From positions 75,356 to 139,355 of the forward strand of contig CAWEYM010000001.1 in assembly GCA_963813325.1 (NCBI GenBank): a DNA stretch of 64,000 nt, in the 5' to 3' direction. Of the stretch, positions 8,223 through 20,078 are shown piece after piece. Position numbers and translations under genes: made by a program. Positions within the stretch are counted from its first letter, which is position 1, and every line of letters begins with the position of its first letter. The notes beneath the pieces were generated by a model. It saw only the letters and a list, made by a program, of their open reading frames with translations. It did no database searches and was not told the DNA's origin. The stretch is from an uncultured Acidobacteriota bacterium. Its GTDB lineage: Bacteria; Acidobacteriota; Vicinamibacteria; Vicinamibacterales; JAKQTR01.

Positions 8223-9968
8223 CTATTTCACCGGCGCCGGGGCACGTGATGCCGCCGCGGGCGCCGCGAGTGCCTCCGACAGCACGTGACCGTCGGCCTT
8301 CGCCAGGGTGATGCCGCACAGAGCCGCCAGCGTGGGCGCGAGGTCGGCCGGCGACGCGGTCTCCCAGTAGGTGCCCGGCTTGATGCCCGCGCCGTACAAT
8401 AGGACCGGCACGCGCTGGTCGTAAGCGTACAGCGAGCCATGCGTCGTCGCGCTTCCCGGCTGGGGCGTGCCGTCGTCGCTGACGAAGAACCAGTAGGCTC
8501 GCGGCACGACGACGAGATCGCCGCTTCGGCCCGGGTAGTAGCTCAGCAGGATCGCGCGCGCGTCGCGGTCGCCGGTGGCAGCCGCGGCGCCCAGGGCATC
8601 GGCGAAGTAGACCTTCGCGACGCCGGGCACCGCCAGGACGGCCCTCTGCACGGCCTCGCGGGCCTCGGCGTTGCCGCGCAGCTTCACCAGCGCGTCTGCC
8701 GAGAGGGTCAGGTCCGACTGCCCGACGCCCATCACGTACTTACCGGGACCGAACGCCTGCTGCAGCGCGGCCTCGGCGGCGCCGGTCACGGCCGCCGTCT
8801 TCAGGCGGCCCGCATCGATCCCCTTGGCCGATTCCTGCTCGGGGATCGGCGCCACGCCGTGATCGGCGGCGAACCCGACGACGTAGTTGCCGCGGCCGAC
8901 AACCCGGTCGAGGTGTCCGAGCAGGGCCCCGATCGTGTCGTCGAGGCGGATCAGCACGTCCTGCACCTCGTGGCTGTTGGGACCGAAGTCGTGGCCGACC
9001 AGGTCCAGCGCCGAGAAGCTGATCGCCAGGAAATCGGTGCCGCGGCCCTGCCCAAGCTTCATCGCGTCCACCGCGGCGGACCCCAGCCGCCCGAGGTACC
9101 GATCGGAGAAGGGACTGCCCTCCCACGCCTCGTACGCTTCCTGCCCGGACGCATCGCTCGCGGGCTTGAGCGTATGCGGGAACGCGGCGGTCCAGTAGCT
9201 CGGCGGCTTTTCAGCCGTCCCGGCATCGTCATAGATGTAGCGCCCCGCGGGCAGCGCGGGCGTCCACGGCGTGGCGAAGTCTGCCTCGACCGGGTTGGCC
9301 GCGAGGAACGCCGCGACGAACGGCACGGGCGCGCTTGTGAACGCGGACGACGTCACGAAGCCGCGGGCCGCGACATTGAACCAGGTGGCAGCATCAGCAC
9401 GGTGACCCGCCAGGTAGATGGCCGTCCGCTCCTTCATCGAGAACGTCACGACCCGCGTCGGGCCGGGCAGCTGCGCGCGCAGCTCGTCGGCCAGGGTGGG
9501 CACCATCACGCGGGACGGCCCGTAGCCGCCCCGGGCGGCGCCGGCGTAGCTGATGAGCGACGACCCGGGATCGTCGGCGCAGCCCACGCGCCTGCCGCTC
9601 TCGCGATCGAACCACTGGTTGGCGATGATGCCGTGCGTCAGTGGCAGGGCCCCGGTCGAAATCGTCGTGTGACCGACGCAGGTGACCGTGTTGGCGTACG
9701 GGTACGCCGCCCGCCGGAACCACGCGCCGTCGACGAGCAGGCGGTGCAACCCCTTCGACCACTGCTGGCTGAACCGATCGACGTAATCGGCCCGCATCTG
9801 ATCCACCACGAGGATGACCACGAGCTTCGGCGACGGCGCGGGCGGCGCCGCGATCGCGCCGCCGGCCGCCAGGGCGACAAGGAGACTCGCGAGGATGAGC
9901 CACCCGGCGGGACGGAACGAGACACGGCCGACCGCCGGCCGCTGAGCGGACCTGCTGACACGGGTCAT
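8223..9968 (-). CDS. Alkaline phosphatase / nucleotide pyrophosphatase-phosphodiesterase family protein, secreted
   Basis: Has the metal-site N-terminal motif VVILVVDQMRADYVDRF and a signal/TM segment WLILASLLVALAAGGAIA. The start is taken at the internal Met (MTRVSRS) and is uncertain. Confidence 0.8.
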   Translation of the reverse strand: MTRVSRSAQRPAVGRVSFRPAGWLILASLLVALAAGGAIAAPPAPSPKLVVILVVDQMRADYVDRFSQQWSKGLHRLLVDGAWFRRAAYPYANTVTCVGHTTISTGALPLTHGIIANQWFDRESGRRVGCADDPGSSLISYAGAARGGYGPSRVMVPTLADELRAQLPGPTRVVTFSMKERTAIYLAGHRADAATWFNVAARGFVTSSAFTSAPVPFVAAFLAANPVEADFATPWTPALPAGRYIYDDAGTAEKPPSYWTAAFPHTLKPASDASGQEAYEAWEGSPFSDRYLGRLGSAAVDAMKLGQGRGTDFLAISFSALDLVGHDFGPNSHEVQDVLIRLDDTIGALLGHLDRVVGRGNYVVGFAADHGVAPIPEQESAKGIDAGRLKTAAVTGAAEAALQQAFGPGKYVMGVGQSDLTLSADALVKLRGNAEAREAVQRAVLAVPGVAKVYFADALGAAAATGDRDARAILLSYYPGRSGDLVVVPRAYWFFVSDDGTPQPGSATTHGSLYAYDQRVPVLLYGAGIKPGTYWETASPADLAPTLAALCGITLAKADGHVLSEALAAPAAASRAPAPVK

Positions 9969-10115
9969 GATGGGATCTCCCGGGAGCGCGGCGAACCACA
10001 CGCCCAGGGCGGCAGGGCCGGAGTCGCCCGGAACAGCCTGTCGGGCCGGGGTGTATCCTGTCAACTATAAGACACGCGCCGCCAGGGCGGGTAGTCCCGG
10101 CGTCGCACGCACATC

Positions 10116-10919
10116 ATGCCCCGTTTCAAGCTGACCATCGAATACGCCGGCACGCGCTACAGCGGCTGGCAGATCCAGGCCAACGCGCGCACCGTGGCCG
10201 GCGAGATTGAACGCGCGGTCCGGACGGCCTCGGGGCGGGCACAGTTCGAACTGTACGGCGCGGGCCGGACCGACGCCGGGGTGCACGCGATCGCCCAGGC
10301 GGCGCACCTGCAGCTGGACACGCGCGAGGCGCCGCCCGTGCTGATGGCGCGCATCAACGACGAGCTGCCGTCCGACATCAACATCCTGTCACTCGAACGG
10401 GCGCCCCAGCGGTTCCACGCCCGTCACGACGCCGTTGCGCGCAGTTACCTGTACCAGATCGCGCGCCGGCGCACCGCCTTTGCGAAGCCCTTCGTGTGGT
10501 GGGTCCGCGACGACCTGGACCTCGCGCGGATGCGGGAGGCGGCAGCCGCGTTCGTCGGGCTCCGGGATTTTCAGTCGTTCACCGTGGAGGAGCGGGAAGA
10601 CGTGTCGCGCAAGGTGCAGGTCGACCGCGTCGAGGTCGGCGAGGAAGGCCCCTTCGTGCTGATCCGGGTCGAAGGGTCGCATTTCCTGTGGCGGATGGTC
10701 CGGCGCCTGGTCGGCGTCATGGCCGAAGTCGGGCGGCGCGGCCTCGAGCCCGGCGCGGTGCGCGCCATGATGGCGGAGCGGTCGGACGTGCCCGCGCGCC
10801 TGACCGCCCCGGCGTCCGGCCTGTTTCTGGAGCGCGTCTACTACCCGGGCGACGCGAGAATTGCCGGGCTGCATGCCGTCGTGCGCGTGGGCGCCGCGGA
10901 CGGGGTGGGAACCCGGTAG
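10116..10919 (+). CDS. truA: tRNA pseudouridine(38-40) synthase TruA
   Basis: MPRFKLTIEYAGTRYSGWQIQ followed by the catalytic-Asp motif GAGRTDAGVHA. The 267-aa length is typical. Confidence 0.9.
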   Translation: MPRFKLTIEYAGTRYSGWQIQANARTVAGEIERAVRTASGRAQFELYGAGRTDAGVHAIAQAAHLQLDTREAPPVLMARINDELPSDINILSLERAPQRFHARHDAVARSYLYQIARRRTAFAKPFVWWVRDDLDLARMREAAAAFVGLRDFQSFTVEEREDVSRKVQVDRVEVGEEGPFVLIRVEGSHFLWRMVRRLVGVMAEVGRRGLEPGAVRAMMAERSDVPARLTAPASGLFLERVYYPGDARIAGLHAVVRVGAADGVGTR

Positions 10920-11133
10920 TCCAGCCGGTCTTCGCCCCGGGCTGCCCTCCTGCCCGTTGCACCCGGGTTGCTGGTAGACTACCCGATGGTCTCCGGGTCG
11001 CCCCCACGATCCGAGGCCGCCGGAGTGCCGGGTGTCGCGCCTGTTCCAGGCGCCCCGCCTGAACCGGGATCGGGTTCACGGCCCAACTCGTCGTGTCGTC
11101 ACCGCAGGCCCCCGTTTCGAGCCGGAGGACACC

Positions 11134-12390
11134 ATGCAGACCCTGTGGGCGGAACGCTTCGCCCAGCGCACCCAGCGCATGCGAAGCTCAGCCGTTCGCG
11201 AACTCCTCAAGTTCACCGAGCAGCCCGACGTCATCTCCTTCGCGGGAGGCCTCCCCGCGCCGGAAGTGTTCCCGGTCGAACGGTTCACCGAGGCCTTCAA
11301 CCGTGTCATGGCGGATCAGGGCGCCAAGGCGCTCCAGTACAGCACGACGGAAGGCTATCGCCCGCTGCGCGAGATGATCGCGCGCCACGCGAACCGCTAC
11401 AGCATGCACATCGAGGCCGAGAACATCCTGATCACCAGCGGATCCCAGCAGGCGCTGGACCTGATCGGCAAGGTCTTCATCAACTCCGGGGATCACGTGC
11501 TGGTGGAGCGGCCGACGTACCTCGGCGCGCTGCAGGCCTGGAGCGCGTACGCCGCCGAGTACGTCTCGGCCGACCTGGACAACGACGGGTACATCATCGA
11601 GTCGGTCGAGGCGAAGATGCGGACCGGCCCGAAGTTCATCTACGCGCTGCCCAACTTCCAGAACCCGAGCGGCGTCACCTTGTCGCTGGCACGCCGGCAG
11701 CAGTTGATCGAGGTGGCCGACCACTACGGTGTCCCGATCCTCGAGGACGATCCGTACGGGCAGCTTCGCTACGAAGGCGACCACCTCCCGCCGCTGGTCA
11801 CGCTCGACTGCCAGTTCCGGTCCACCAATGGCGCGCAGTACAGCGGCAATGTCATCTACCTCAGCACGTTCTCCAAGACGCTCTCGCCGGGCATGAGGCT
11901 GGGCTGGATCGTGGCGCCGGTCGAGGTCATCCAGAAACTGGTCCAGGCCAAGCAGGGCGCGGATCTGCACACGGGCACCATCACCCAGATGGTCGCGTAC
12001 GAAGTGGCCTCGGGCGGGTTCCTCGACCAGCACGTCAAGCTGATCCGCGCGGTCTACCTCGAGCGGCGCAACGCCATGCTGGCCGCCATCCGGAAGTACT
12101 TCCCGCCCGGCGTCACGTGGACCGAGCCGCAGGGCGGCCTGTTCCTCTGGTTGAAGTTCCCCGAATGGATGGACGCCAGCCAGATCCTGCTCGCGGCCGT
12201 CGAACGGCGGGTGGCCTTCGTGCCTGGCCAGTCGTTTTTCGCCGACGGGTCGGGCCAGAACACCGCCCGGCTGAATTTCTCGAATGCCACGCCGGAGCGG
12301 ATCGAAGAGGGGATGAAACGGCTGGGCCAGGTGCTCGAGGAGATGATGGCGAAGCACGACCCGCGCGTGGCGGTCGCGAGCGTGCCGTGA
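11134..12390 (+). CDS. PLP-dependent aminotransferase, class I/II fold (2-aminoadipate/LysN-like)
   Basis: Has the PLP-lysine context YLSTFSKTLSPGMRLGW. ATG 11134 is preceded by GGAGGA; the upstream 34 codons of the track ORF were dropped. Confidence 0.85.
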   Translation: MQTLWAERFAQRTQRMRSSAVRELLKFTEQPDVISFAGGLPAPEVFPVERFTEAFNRVMADQGAKALQYSTTEGYRPLREMIARHANRYSMHIEAENILITSGSQQALDLIGKVFINSGDHVLVERPTYLGALQAWSAYAAEYVSADLDNDGYIIESVEAKMRTGPKFIYALPNFQNPSGVTLSLARRQQLIEVADHYGVPILEDDPYGQLRYEGDHLPPLVTLDCQFRSTNGAQYSGNVIYLSTFSKTLSPGMRLGWIVAPVEVIQKLVQAKQGADLHTGTITQMVAYEVASGGFLDQHVKLIRAVYLERRNAMLAAIRKYFPPGVTWTEPQGGLFLWLKFPEWMDASQILLAAVERRVAFVPGQSFFADGSGQNTARLNFSNATPERIEEGMKRLGQVLEEMMAKHDPRVAVASVP

Positions 12391-12394
12391 GCAG

Positions 12395-12419
12395 GCGGCG
12401 CGAAAAGCGTTTGCGCCGC
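12395..12419 (+). terminator. Hairpin after the aminotransferase gene
   Basis: GCGGCGCGAA-aagcg-TTTGCGCCGC forms a 10-bp stem (one G:U pair), 5 nt after the stop. Confidence 0.5.
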
Positions 12420-12449
12420 GGCCGAACGACGCGCTAGTCTTGCAGGGTC

Positions 12450-13232
12450 ATGACCATCAGCCGATTCTCCGTCCTGCCCCTGGTCGCCGCCGTGATCCTG
12501 CTGTCGGCCGGCGGCGTGGTGTACGCGCAGCAGCAGAGCGAGATCGCCGCCCTGCAGAAGGAAATCGAGGCCCTGAAGGCAGGCCAGGCCGCGCTGCAGA
12601 AGGACATCCAGGAGATCAAGAACATGCTGCGCCCCGCGCAGCAGCAGGGGGCGGTGATGGACGCGCCGCCCGACGTGAAGATGGAGACGGCGGGATCGCC
12701 GTCGAAGGGATCGGCGGACGCGAAGGTCGTCCTGATCGAGTTCTCGGATTACCAGTGCCCCTTCTGCGGACGGTACACGCGGGACGCCTTCGCGGCCATC
12801 GACCGCGACTACGTCCAGACGGGCAAGGTCCGCTACGTGTTCCGCAGCTTCCCGCTCGAGTCAATCCACAAGCTGGCGTTCAAGGCGTCCGAGGCCGCGC
12901 TGTGCGCCGGTGAACAGGGCAAGTACTGGGCGATGCACGATCGCCTGTTCATGGACCAGGCGGCCCTTGCGCCGGCCGGCCTCGTCGCTGCGGCCAAGGC
13001 GGCCGGCCTGGACATGGCGGCGTTCCAGCCGTGCCTGGACTCGGGCAGGATGGCGCCCGCGATTCGCAAGGACATCGCCGCCGGGACCGAGATCGGCGTG
13101 CGCGGCACCCCGCTGTTCCTCATCGGGACGTCCGGTCCCGGCGCAACCGTCACGGTCCTCAAGGCCATCTCGGGCGCGCAGCCGTACGCCGTGTTCCAGC
13201 AGACCTTCGACGACCTGCTGAAAGCGAAATGA
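12450..13232 (+). CDS. DsbA-family thiol:disulfide oxidoreductase with N-terminal coiled-coil
   Basis: Has a signal/anchor segment, a heptad-like stretch (EIAALQKEIEALKAGQAALQKDIQEIK), then a thioredoxin-fold motif FSDYQCPFCGRY. Confidence 0.85.
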   Translation: MTISRFSVLPLVAAVILLSAGGVVYAQQQSEIAALQKEIEALKAGQAALQKDIQEIKNMLRPAQQQGAVMDAPPDVKMETAGSPSKGSADAKVVLIEFSDYQCPFCGRYTRDAFAAIDRDYVQTGKVRYVFRSFPLESIHKLAFKASEAALCAGEQGKYWAMHDRLFMDQAALAPAGLVAAAKAAGLDMAAFQPCLDSGRMAPAIRKDIAAGTEIGVRGTPLFLIGTSGPGATVTVLKAISGAQPYAVFQQTFDDLLKAK

Positions 13233-13268
13233 CCGCGCGCCCCTCCCGGGCCGCCACCCCGCCGGACG

Positions 13269-14468
13269 TTACAACTCGCGCAGGGCGGTCACGACCGGCA
13301 TGCGGGCCGCGCGGATCGCGGGCAACAGGCCGCCGAGCAGGCCCATGATCAGCGCGTAGATCACGCCGAGCACGATGAGATGCGGCGTTACCGCGAAGGC
13401 GAACGCCACCTGGCTGAAGGTCTGCCAGTTGATGGTCGACGTCTGGAACCCGTTGAATGCCACGTAGGCCACGGTCCCGCCAATCGCACCGCCCGCCAGC
13501 GCGAGCAGGAGCGACTCGACCAGGACGGAGATCACCACGGGCCAGCCGCCGAATCCGATGGCGCGCAGCGTCGCGATCTCCCGCGTGCGCGACGCGACGG
13601 CCGTGTACATCGTGTTGACGGCACCGAACACGGCTCCGATCCCCATCAGCACGGCGATCAGCGTGCCGAGCGTCGTGATCAGCCGGTACAGCATCGTCGA
13701 CTGCTCCGCGAAGTAGTCGGTCTCGCGCACGACTTTCAGGTTCAGCCGCGGGTCGGTGGTCAGGGCGTCCTTGAACTTCGTGAACGCGGCCGGCGAGTCG
13801 AGCTTCGCATACACGGTCTGGAAGCTGTTTCCGCGCCGGTAGACAGGCGCCAGCACGCCGGCGTCGCACCAGATCTCCGAGTCGGACAGCGTCCCGCCCG
13901 TGTCGAAGATCCCGACGACGGTCCAGTCGTTCTGGCCCCACCGGAGCCGTCGCCCCACCTCGAGCCCCGCGAACTGCCGGGCCGCGCCCCGCCCGGCGAT
14001 GACCTCGTTGCGCCCGGCCTGGAAGCGGCGCCCCTCGACCATGCGCAGCCTGTCCCGGATGACGAACGCCGCGTCGTGGACGCCGCGCAGCCCGACGTTC
14101 GCGGTGGTGCCGGTGTCGCGCTTGGGCAGGTCCACGATGACGAACAGCTCGGCCGACGCCACGGCGCCGGCCGCAGCCCGCCGCACGCCCGGCGCGTCCG
14201 CGATGATGTTCACCTCGTCGCGCGTGAGGATGCTCACCATCTCGCTGTCGGCGCCAGACCGCATGACGATGGCGGTGTCGGGCGAGCCCGTCGTGGCCAT
14301 CGTCGCGCGGAATCCCTCGGCCATCGAGAGCACGGCCACGAACACCGCCACGACGCCGGCGATGCCGACCACGGCCACGAGCGACGAGCTGAGGCGCTCG
14401 GTCAGGGTCCGGATGTTCAGCCACGTGACCACCCAGACTTCGATCAGCCATCCAGTGAAGCCAGTCAC
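13269..14468 (-). CDS. ABC transporter permease, FtsX/MacB-like (second of two)
   Basis: Has an N-terminal TM, a large periplasmic domain and C-terminal FtsX-type helices. GTG 14468 sits 6 nt after GGAGGA and 1 nt after the upstream stop. Confidence 0.8.
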   Translation of the reverse strand: MTGFTGWLIEVWVVTWLNIRTLTERLSSSLVAVVGIAGVVAVFVAVLSMAEGFRATMATTGSPDTAIVMRSGADSEMVSILTRDEVNIIADAPGVRRAAAGAVASAELFVIVDLPKRDTGTTANVGLRGVHDAAFVIRDRLRMVEGRRFQAGRNEVIAGRGAARQFAGLEVGRRLRWGQNDWTVVGIFDTGGTLSDSEIWCDAGVLAPVYRRGNSFQTVYAKLDSPAAFTKFKDALTTDPRLNLKVVRETDYFAEQSTMLYRLITTLGTLIAVLMGIGAVFGAVNTMYTAVASRTREIATLRAIGFGGWPVVISVLVESLLLALAGGAIGGTVAYVAFNGFQTSTINWQTFSQVAFAFAVTPHLIVLGVIYALIMGLLGGLLPAIRAARMPVVTALREL

Positions 14469-14469
14469 G

Positions 14470-15624
14470 TCAGTTCCTCCGGAGCGCATCGACGATGCGG
14501 AGGCGCATCGCCTGGACGGCGGGCATGATCCCGGCGACGATGCCCAGGCCGAGCGCGAAGAGCGCGCCCCGCACGACGTCAGCCGGCGGCAGGTAGAACG
14601 CCGGCAGCAGGCCGCCCGTCGGATCGCCGCCCTGGGTCGCCAGCCAGGCCAGGCCCAGGCCCAGGCCGCCGCCGACCAGGGCGATCGCGCACGATTCCAG
14701 CAGCACCAGGACCAGGATCAGGCCGTCCGGGAAGCCGAGCGTCTTGAGCACCGCCAGCTCGCTCGTCCGCTCCCGCACCGACTGCGCCATCGTGTTGGCG
14801 GCGACCAGGAGGATCGTGAAGAACACGGCCGTCACGATCGCCCGGATGATCGCGCCGATGTCCCCGACCTGTTTGGCGAAGGCCTGCACGAACGCCTTTT
14901 CGGTCGAGGTCTTGGTCTCGTAGAACGAGTTGGCGAACGTCGCGTCGATCTTCCCGGCGGTCTGCGCGGCCCGCGCCGGGTCGTCGATGCGGATCACGTA
15001 CCAGCCCACGAGCCCCTGGCCGAACTGGCGCGCCTCGTCGAAGTACTTGAAGTTGAAGAAGAAGGGCGTCGTGTCCGTCCCCTTCTTCGCCCCGTCGAAG
15101 ATCCCGCAGAGATTGAATTCCCACGTGCTGCCGCCGCCCTTCTTGCGCCAGATCGTGGCCTGGATGGGCACGCGGTCGCCGACCTTCCACCCGAACCGGT
15201 CCGCGGTCTGCCGGCCGGCGATCGCGCAGGTCCGGTCGGTGAGCCACGCCTTCTTCTGATCGGGCGGCAGGACGTACTCCGGGTACATCCGGAGCAGCCC
15301 GGCCGGGTCGACCGGTGCCTGCATGAAGAAGTTGCTCGGCTTCTGGTAGATCCCGCCGAACCAGGTCTGGTGCAGCACGTCGGTCACGCCCGGGACCGCC
15401 GCGATGCGCGCCTGGTAGCTCTCGGGCAGCAACTGGATGAGCGACACCTTGTGCGTCAGCACGAGGCGGTCGTTCCCCGCGAGCTCGACGCCCATGCCGA
15501 ACGCCACGTTCAGCGCGGCCAGCACGCCGAACAGGACGAACGCCACCAGGATCGACAGCACCGTGAAGATCGTCCGCACCTTGCGGCGCAGCAGGTTGCG
15601 CCAGACCAGCGGGAGGTACTTCAT
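14470..15624 (-). CDS. ABC transporter permease, FtsX/MacB-like (first of two)
   Basis: MKYLPLVWRNLLRRKVRTIFTVLSILVAF is a typical MacB-type N-terminus. ATG 15624 overlaps the ATPase stop (ATGA). The rest of the 530-aa track ORF is shadow sequence. Confidence 0.85.
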   Translation of the reverse strand: MKYLPLVWRNLLRRKVRTIFTVLSILVAFVLFGVLAALNVAFGMGVELAGNDRLVLTHKVSLIQLLPESYQARIAAVPGVTDVLHQTWFGGIYQKPSNFFMQAPVDPAGLLRMYPEYVLPPDQKKAWLTDRTCAIAGRQTADRFGWKVGDRVPIQATIWRKKGGGSTWEFNLCGIFDGAKKGTDTTPFFFNFKYFDEARQFGQGLVGWYVIRIDDPARAAQTAGKIDATFANSFYETKTSTEKAFVQAFAKQVGDIGAIIRAIVTAVFFTILLVAANTMAQSVRERTSELAVLKTLGFPDGLILVLVLLESCAIALVGGGLGLGLAWLATQGGDPTGGLLPAFYLPPADVVRGALFALGLGIVAGIMPAVQAMRLRIVDALRRN

Positions 15625-16322
15625 GCGACCGCCTCCGCGATGAGCGCCCCCTTGTCGAGGTGCAGGATCCGCGTGGCCCGGGCCGCGGCGTGCGGATCGT
15701 GCGTGACCATGATGATCGTCTTGCCGTGCTCGCGGTTGAGGGCCTGGAGCAGGTCGAGCACCTCGTCGCCCGCCTTCCGGTCCAGGTCGCCGGTCGGCTC
15801 GTCGCACAGCAGCAGGGTCGGGTCGGTGACGATGGCCCGCGCAATGCCCACGCGCTGCTCCTGGCCGCCCGACAACTGCCGCGGGTAGTGCTTCGCGCGA
15901 TCCGCGAGGCCGACCACGGCCAGCGCCGTCGCCACGTGCGCCCGCCGGTCCTTGTGCGAGAGCCGCGTGAGCAGGAGGGGCAGCTCCACGTTGCGCTCCG
16001 CGGTCAGCACCGGGATCAGGTTGTAGAGCTGGAAGACGAACCCCACGTGGCGGGCCCGCCACGCCGACAGCCGCCCGCCCGACATCTGGTCGATGCGGTG
16101 CCCGTCGACGTCAATAGCACCCTGCGTGGGCCGGTCGAGCCCGCCGATCAGGTTGAGCAGCGTTGACTTGCCGGAACCCGACGGCCCCATCAATGCCAGG
16201 AAATCGCCGCGGGGAATCTCGAGGTCGAGGCCCTGGAGCACGTCGATCCGCTCACCGCCCCGGTGGAACACCTTGTGGAGGTCCGTCACGCGGACCAGTG
16301 TGCCCTCAGCGCTCGTGGTCAT
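15621..16322 (-). CDS. ABC transporter ATP-binding protein (MacB/LolD-type)
   Basis: Has Walker A GPSGSGKST, signature LSGGQEQR and Walker B LLLCDEPT. Confidence 0.95.
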   Translation of the reverse strand: MTTSAEGTLVRVTDLHKVFHRGGERIDVLQGLDLEIPRGDFLALMGPSGSGKSTLLNLIGGLDRPTQGAIDVDGHRIDQMSGGRLSAWRARHVGFVFQLYNLIPVLTAERNVELPLLLTRLSHKDRRAHVATALAVVGLADRAKHYPRQLSGGQEQRVGIARAIVTDPTLLLCDEPTGDLDRKAGDEVLDLLQALNREHGKTIIMVTHDPHAAARATRILHLDKGALIAEAVA

Positions 16323-16336
16323 GATCCCTCGCCCCT

Positions 16337-17560
16337 TCAGCGAACCGCCAGCTTCGAACCGTCGGCAAGTTCCGGCGGCCCCTCGACAACGACATGCTCG
16401 CCGGCCGACAACCCGGTCACCACTTCCACGGAGTCCCCCTGCGGCTCGCCAAGGCGCACCGCCCGCCGTTCGGCCATCCCGTCCTTGACGACGAAGACGA
16501 TGGTCTGGCCCTGGTCGGTCCGCACCGCCGTGCGCGGGATCAGCAGGCGGACGCGCGCCTGCACCCCGGGCGCCGGCGCCGCGCCGAGGAACGTCACCTT
16601 CACGCCCATGTCGGGCAGGATCCGGGGATCCAGCTGTTCGAACCCAATCCGCACCAGCACCGTCGCCTTCTGGCGATCGGCCGTCGGGACGATGGTGATC
16701 ACGTGCGCCGGGATTCGCCAGTCCGGGTACGCGTCGAGCACCGCCTCGACCCGCTGTCCGGCGCTCACGCGGTTGATGTAGCTCTCGTTGACGTCCACCT
16801 CGATCTCGAGCGACGACATGTCCACGATCGTGCAGAGTCCGGTCCGCGTGAACCCCCCGCCGGCCGACATCGGCGACACCATCTCACCGGGCTGGGCGTC
16901 CTTCGAGATCGCGATCCCCGAGAACGGCGCCCGCACGACCGTATCGGCCAGGTCGTTCTGGCGGACCGCCACCTGCCGCTCGGCCACCGCCACCTGCTCC
17001 CGGCTCAGCGCGAGCCGCGCCTCGAGCGCGTGGACCTCGGTTTGCGCGGCGTCGAGGTCCGCCTGTCCCGTGATCTCGTCCTGAACGAGCCTCTTCGTGC
17101 GATCGAGCGTCAGGCGGGCCTGGTTCAACCGGACCGCGGTTTCGTCCGCGGCGCGACGCGACGCGGCGAGCTCGGCCTGCGACAGGTCGAGATAGCGGCG
17201 CATCGTCGCGTCGTCGAGGCGGGCCAGCACCTGCCCGCGCGTCACGGCCTTGCCCTCCTCGACCAGGACCTCGACGACCTTGCCGGTGATCTTCGACGAG
17301 ACGGTCGCGCGGCGGCGCGCGGTGACGTACCCGGATGCGTTCAGAACCGCCGGCGCGCCCCCGGCCTGGGCGCCGCTCTCCTGTACGGTCAGCGCCCGCA
17401 CCGCGATCGGCCCCGGGCCGCGCAGCCAGTACCAGCCCGCCCCGGCCAGGCCGGCCGCCACCACCAGCACCAGCACCCAGACACCGACCCGTCCGCCGGT
17501 GCCTTCCCGCGCCCGGTCCTCGATGCGGAGGTCGCTCAGTGAGGGTTTATCGGCCGCCAT
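16337..17560 (-). CDS. Efflux periplasmic adaptor (HlyD/MacA membrane-fusion family)
   Basis: Has a single N-terminal TM, a long coiled-coil hairpin region and beta-barrel C-terminal domains. It lies directly upstream of the ATPase and permeases. Confidence 0.9.
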   Translation of the reverse strand: MAADKPSLSDLRIEDRAREGTGGRVGVWVLVLVVAAGLAGAGWYWLRGPGPIAVRALTVQESGAQAGGAPAVLNASGYVTARRRATVSSKITGKVVEVLVEEGKAVTRGQVLARLDDATMRRYLDLSQAELAASRRAADETAVRLNQARLTLDRTKRLVQDEITGQADLDAAQTEVHALEARLALSREQVAVAERQVAVRQNDLADTVVRAPFSGIAISKDAQPGEMVSPMSAGGGFTRTGLCTIVDMSSLEIEVDVNESYINRVSAGQRVEAVLDAYPDWRIPAHVITIVPTADRQKATVLVRIGFEQLDPRILPDMGVKVTFLGAAPAPGVQARVRLLIPRTAVRTDQGQTIVFVVKDGMAERRAVRLGEPQGDSVEVVTGLSAGEHVVVEGPPELADGSKLAVR

Positions 17561-17783
17561 GACGTCCTTGCTGATAGACGGCGCCCGCCGGCGCCGGGTT
17601 CAGGGTCGCATCGGTGCAGTGCCCGCGAGGTGCGCGTGTAACGGGAACGCTGAGACCGTAATCCTTAATATTACAACGGCCTGCAGCCGACGGGACCAGG
17701 CGCGGCGGTCTACGGGGGAAATCGGCGCGCGCCTGTTGCCTGGCAGGGGGCCTGCCGGCAGCCGCCGGGACGCGCCCGGTCGA

Positions 17784-17812
17784 TTGACGCGCCGGGCACG
17801 GCGCGGTAATAT
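17784..17812 (+). promoter_or_regulatory. Sigma70-type promoter for the suf operon
   Basis: TTGACG, a 17-nt spacer, then TAATAT, about 50 nt upstream of the sufB ATG. It is followed by an AT-rich tract containing GGAC-N7-GTCC. Confidence 0.5.
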
Positions 17813-17862
17813 AGGACCATAATAGTCCGGTATAAAGACGCCACGCGTACCGAGGTCCCGTG

Positions 17863-19308
<1,446 letters not shown>

Positions 19309-19322
19309 CCGAGGATCCAGAC

Positions 19323-20078
19323 ATGCTCGAAATCACGAACCTCCACGTCCGGGTGGAGGACAAGCCCATCCTGCGGGGCATCAGCCTGTCGGTCAGGGCC
19401 GGTGAGGTCCACGCCATCATGGGCCCGAACGGGTCCGGCAAGAGCACGCTGGCCAGCGTGCTGGCCGGCCGCGACGGCTACACCGTCACCGAGGGCTCGG
19501 TGACCTTCGACGGCCGCGACCTGCTGGCCCTGGCGCCCGAGGATCGAGCCCGCGAGGGCGTGTTCCTCGCGTTCCAGTACCCGGTCGAGATCCCCGGCGT
19601 CAACAACGCGTACTTCCTGCGGTCGGCCCTCAACGCCATCCGCAAGCACCGCGGGCTGCCCGACGTCGACGCCGTCACGTTCATGAAGGTCGTGAAGGAG
19701 AAGGCGCGGCTGCTGGAGATGGACCCCTCGATGCTGAACCGCTCGGTCAACGAGGGCTTCTCGGGCGGCGAGAAGAAGCGGAACGAGATCTTCCAGATGA
19801 GCGTCCTCGAGCCCCGGCTGGCAATCCTGGACGAGACGGACTCGGGGCTGGACATCGACGCGCTGAAGGTCGTCGCGGCCGGGGTGAACGCCCTGCGCAG
19901 CCCGGATCGCGCCATCGTCGTCGTGACGCACTACCAGCGGCTCCTCGACTACATCGTGCCCGACTTCGTCCACGTCCTGGCGGATGGCCGGATCGTCCGG
20001 TCGGGGACCAGGGGCCTGGCCCTCGAACTCGAAGAGAAGGGCTACGGCTGGCTCGAGCCCGACGCGGTGAGGGGGTGA
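19323..20078 (+). CDS. sufC: Fe-S cluster assembly ATPase SufC
   Basis: MLEITNLHVRV, Walker A GPNGSGKST and signature FSGGEKKRNEI. The ATG is embedded in a longer shadow ORF. Confidence 0.95.
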   Translation: MLEITNLHVRVEDKPILRGISLSVRAGEVHAIMGPNGSGKSTLASVLAGRDGYTVTEGSVTFDGRDLLALAPEDRAREGVFLAFQYPVEIPGVNNAYFLRSALNAIRKHRGLPDVDAVTFMKVVKEKARLLEMDPSMLNRSVNEGFSGGEKKRNEIFQMSVLEPRLAILDETDSGLDIDALKVVAAGVNALRSPDRAIVVVTHYQRLLDYIVPDFVHVLADGRIVRSGTRGLALELEEKGYGWLEPDAVRG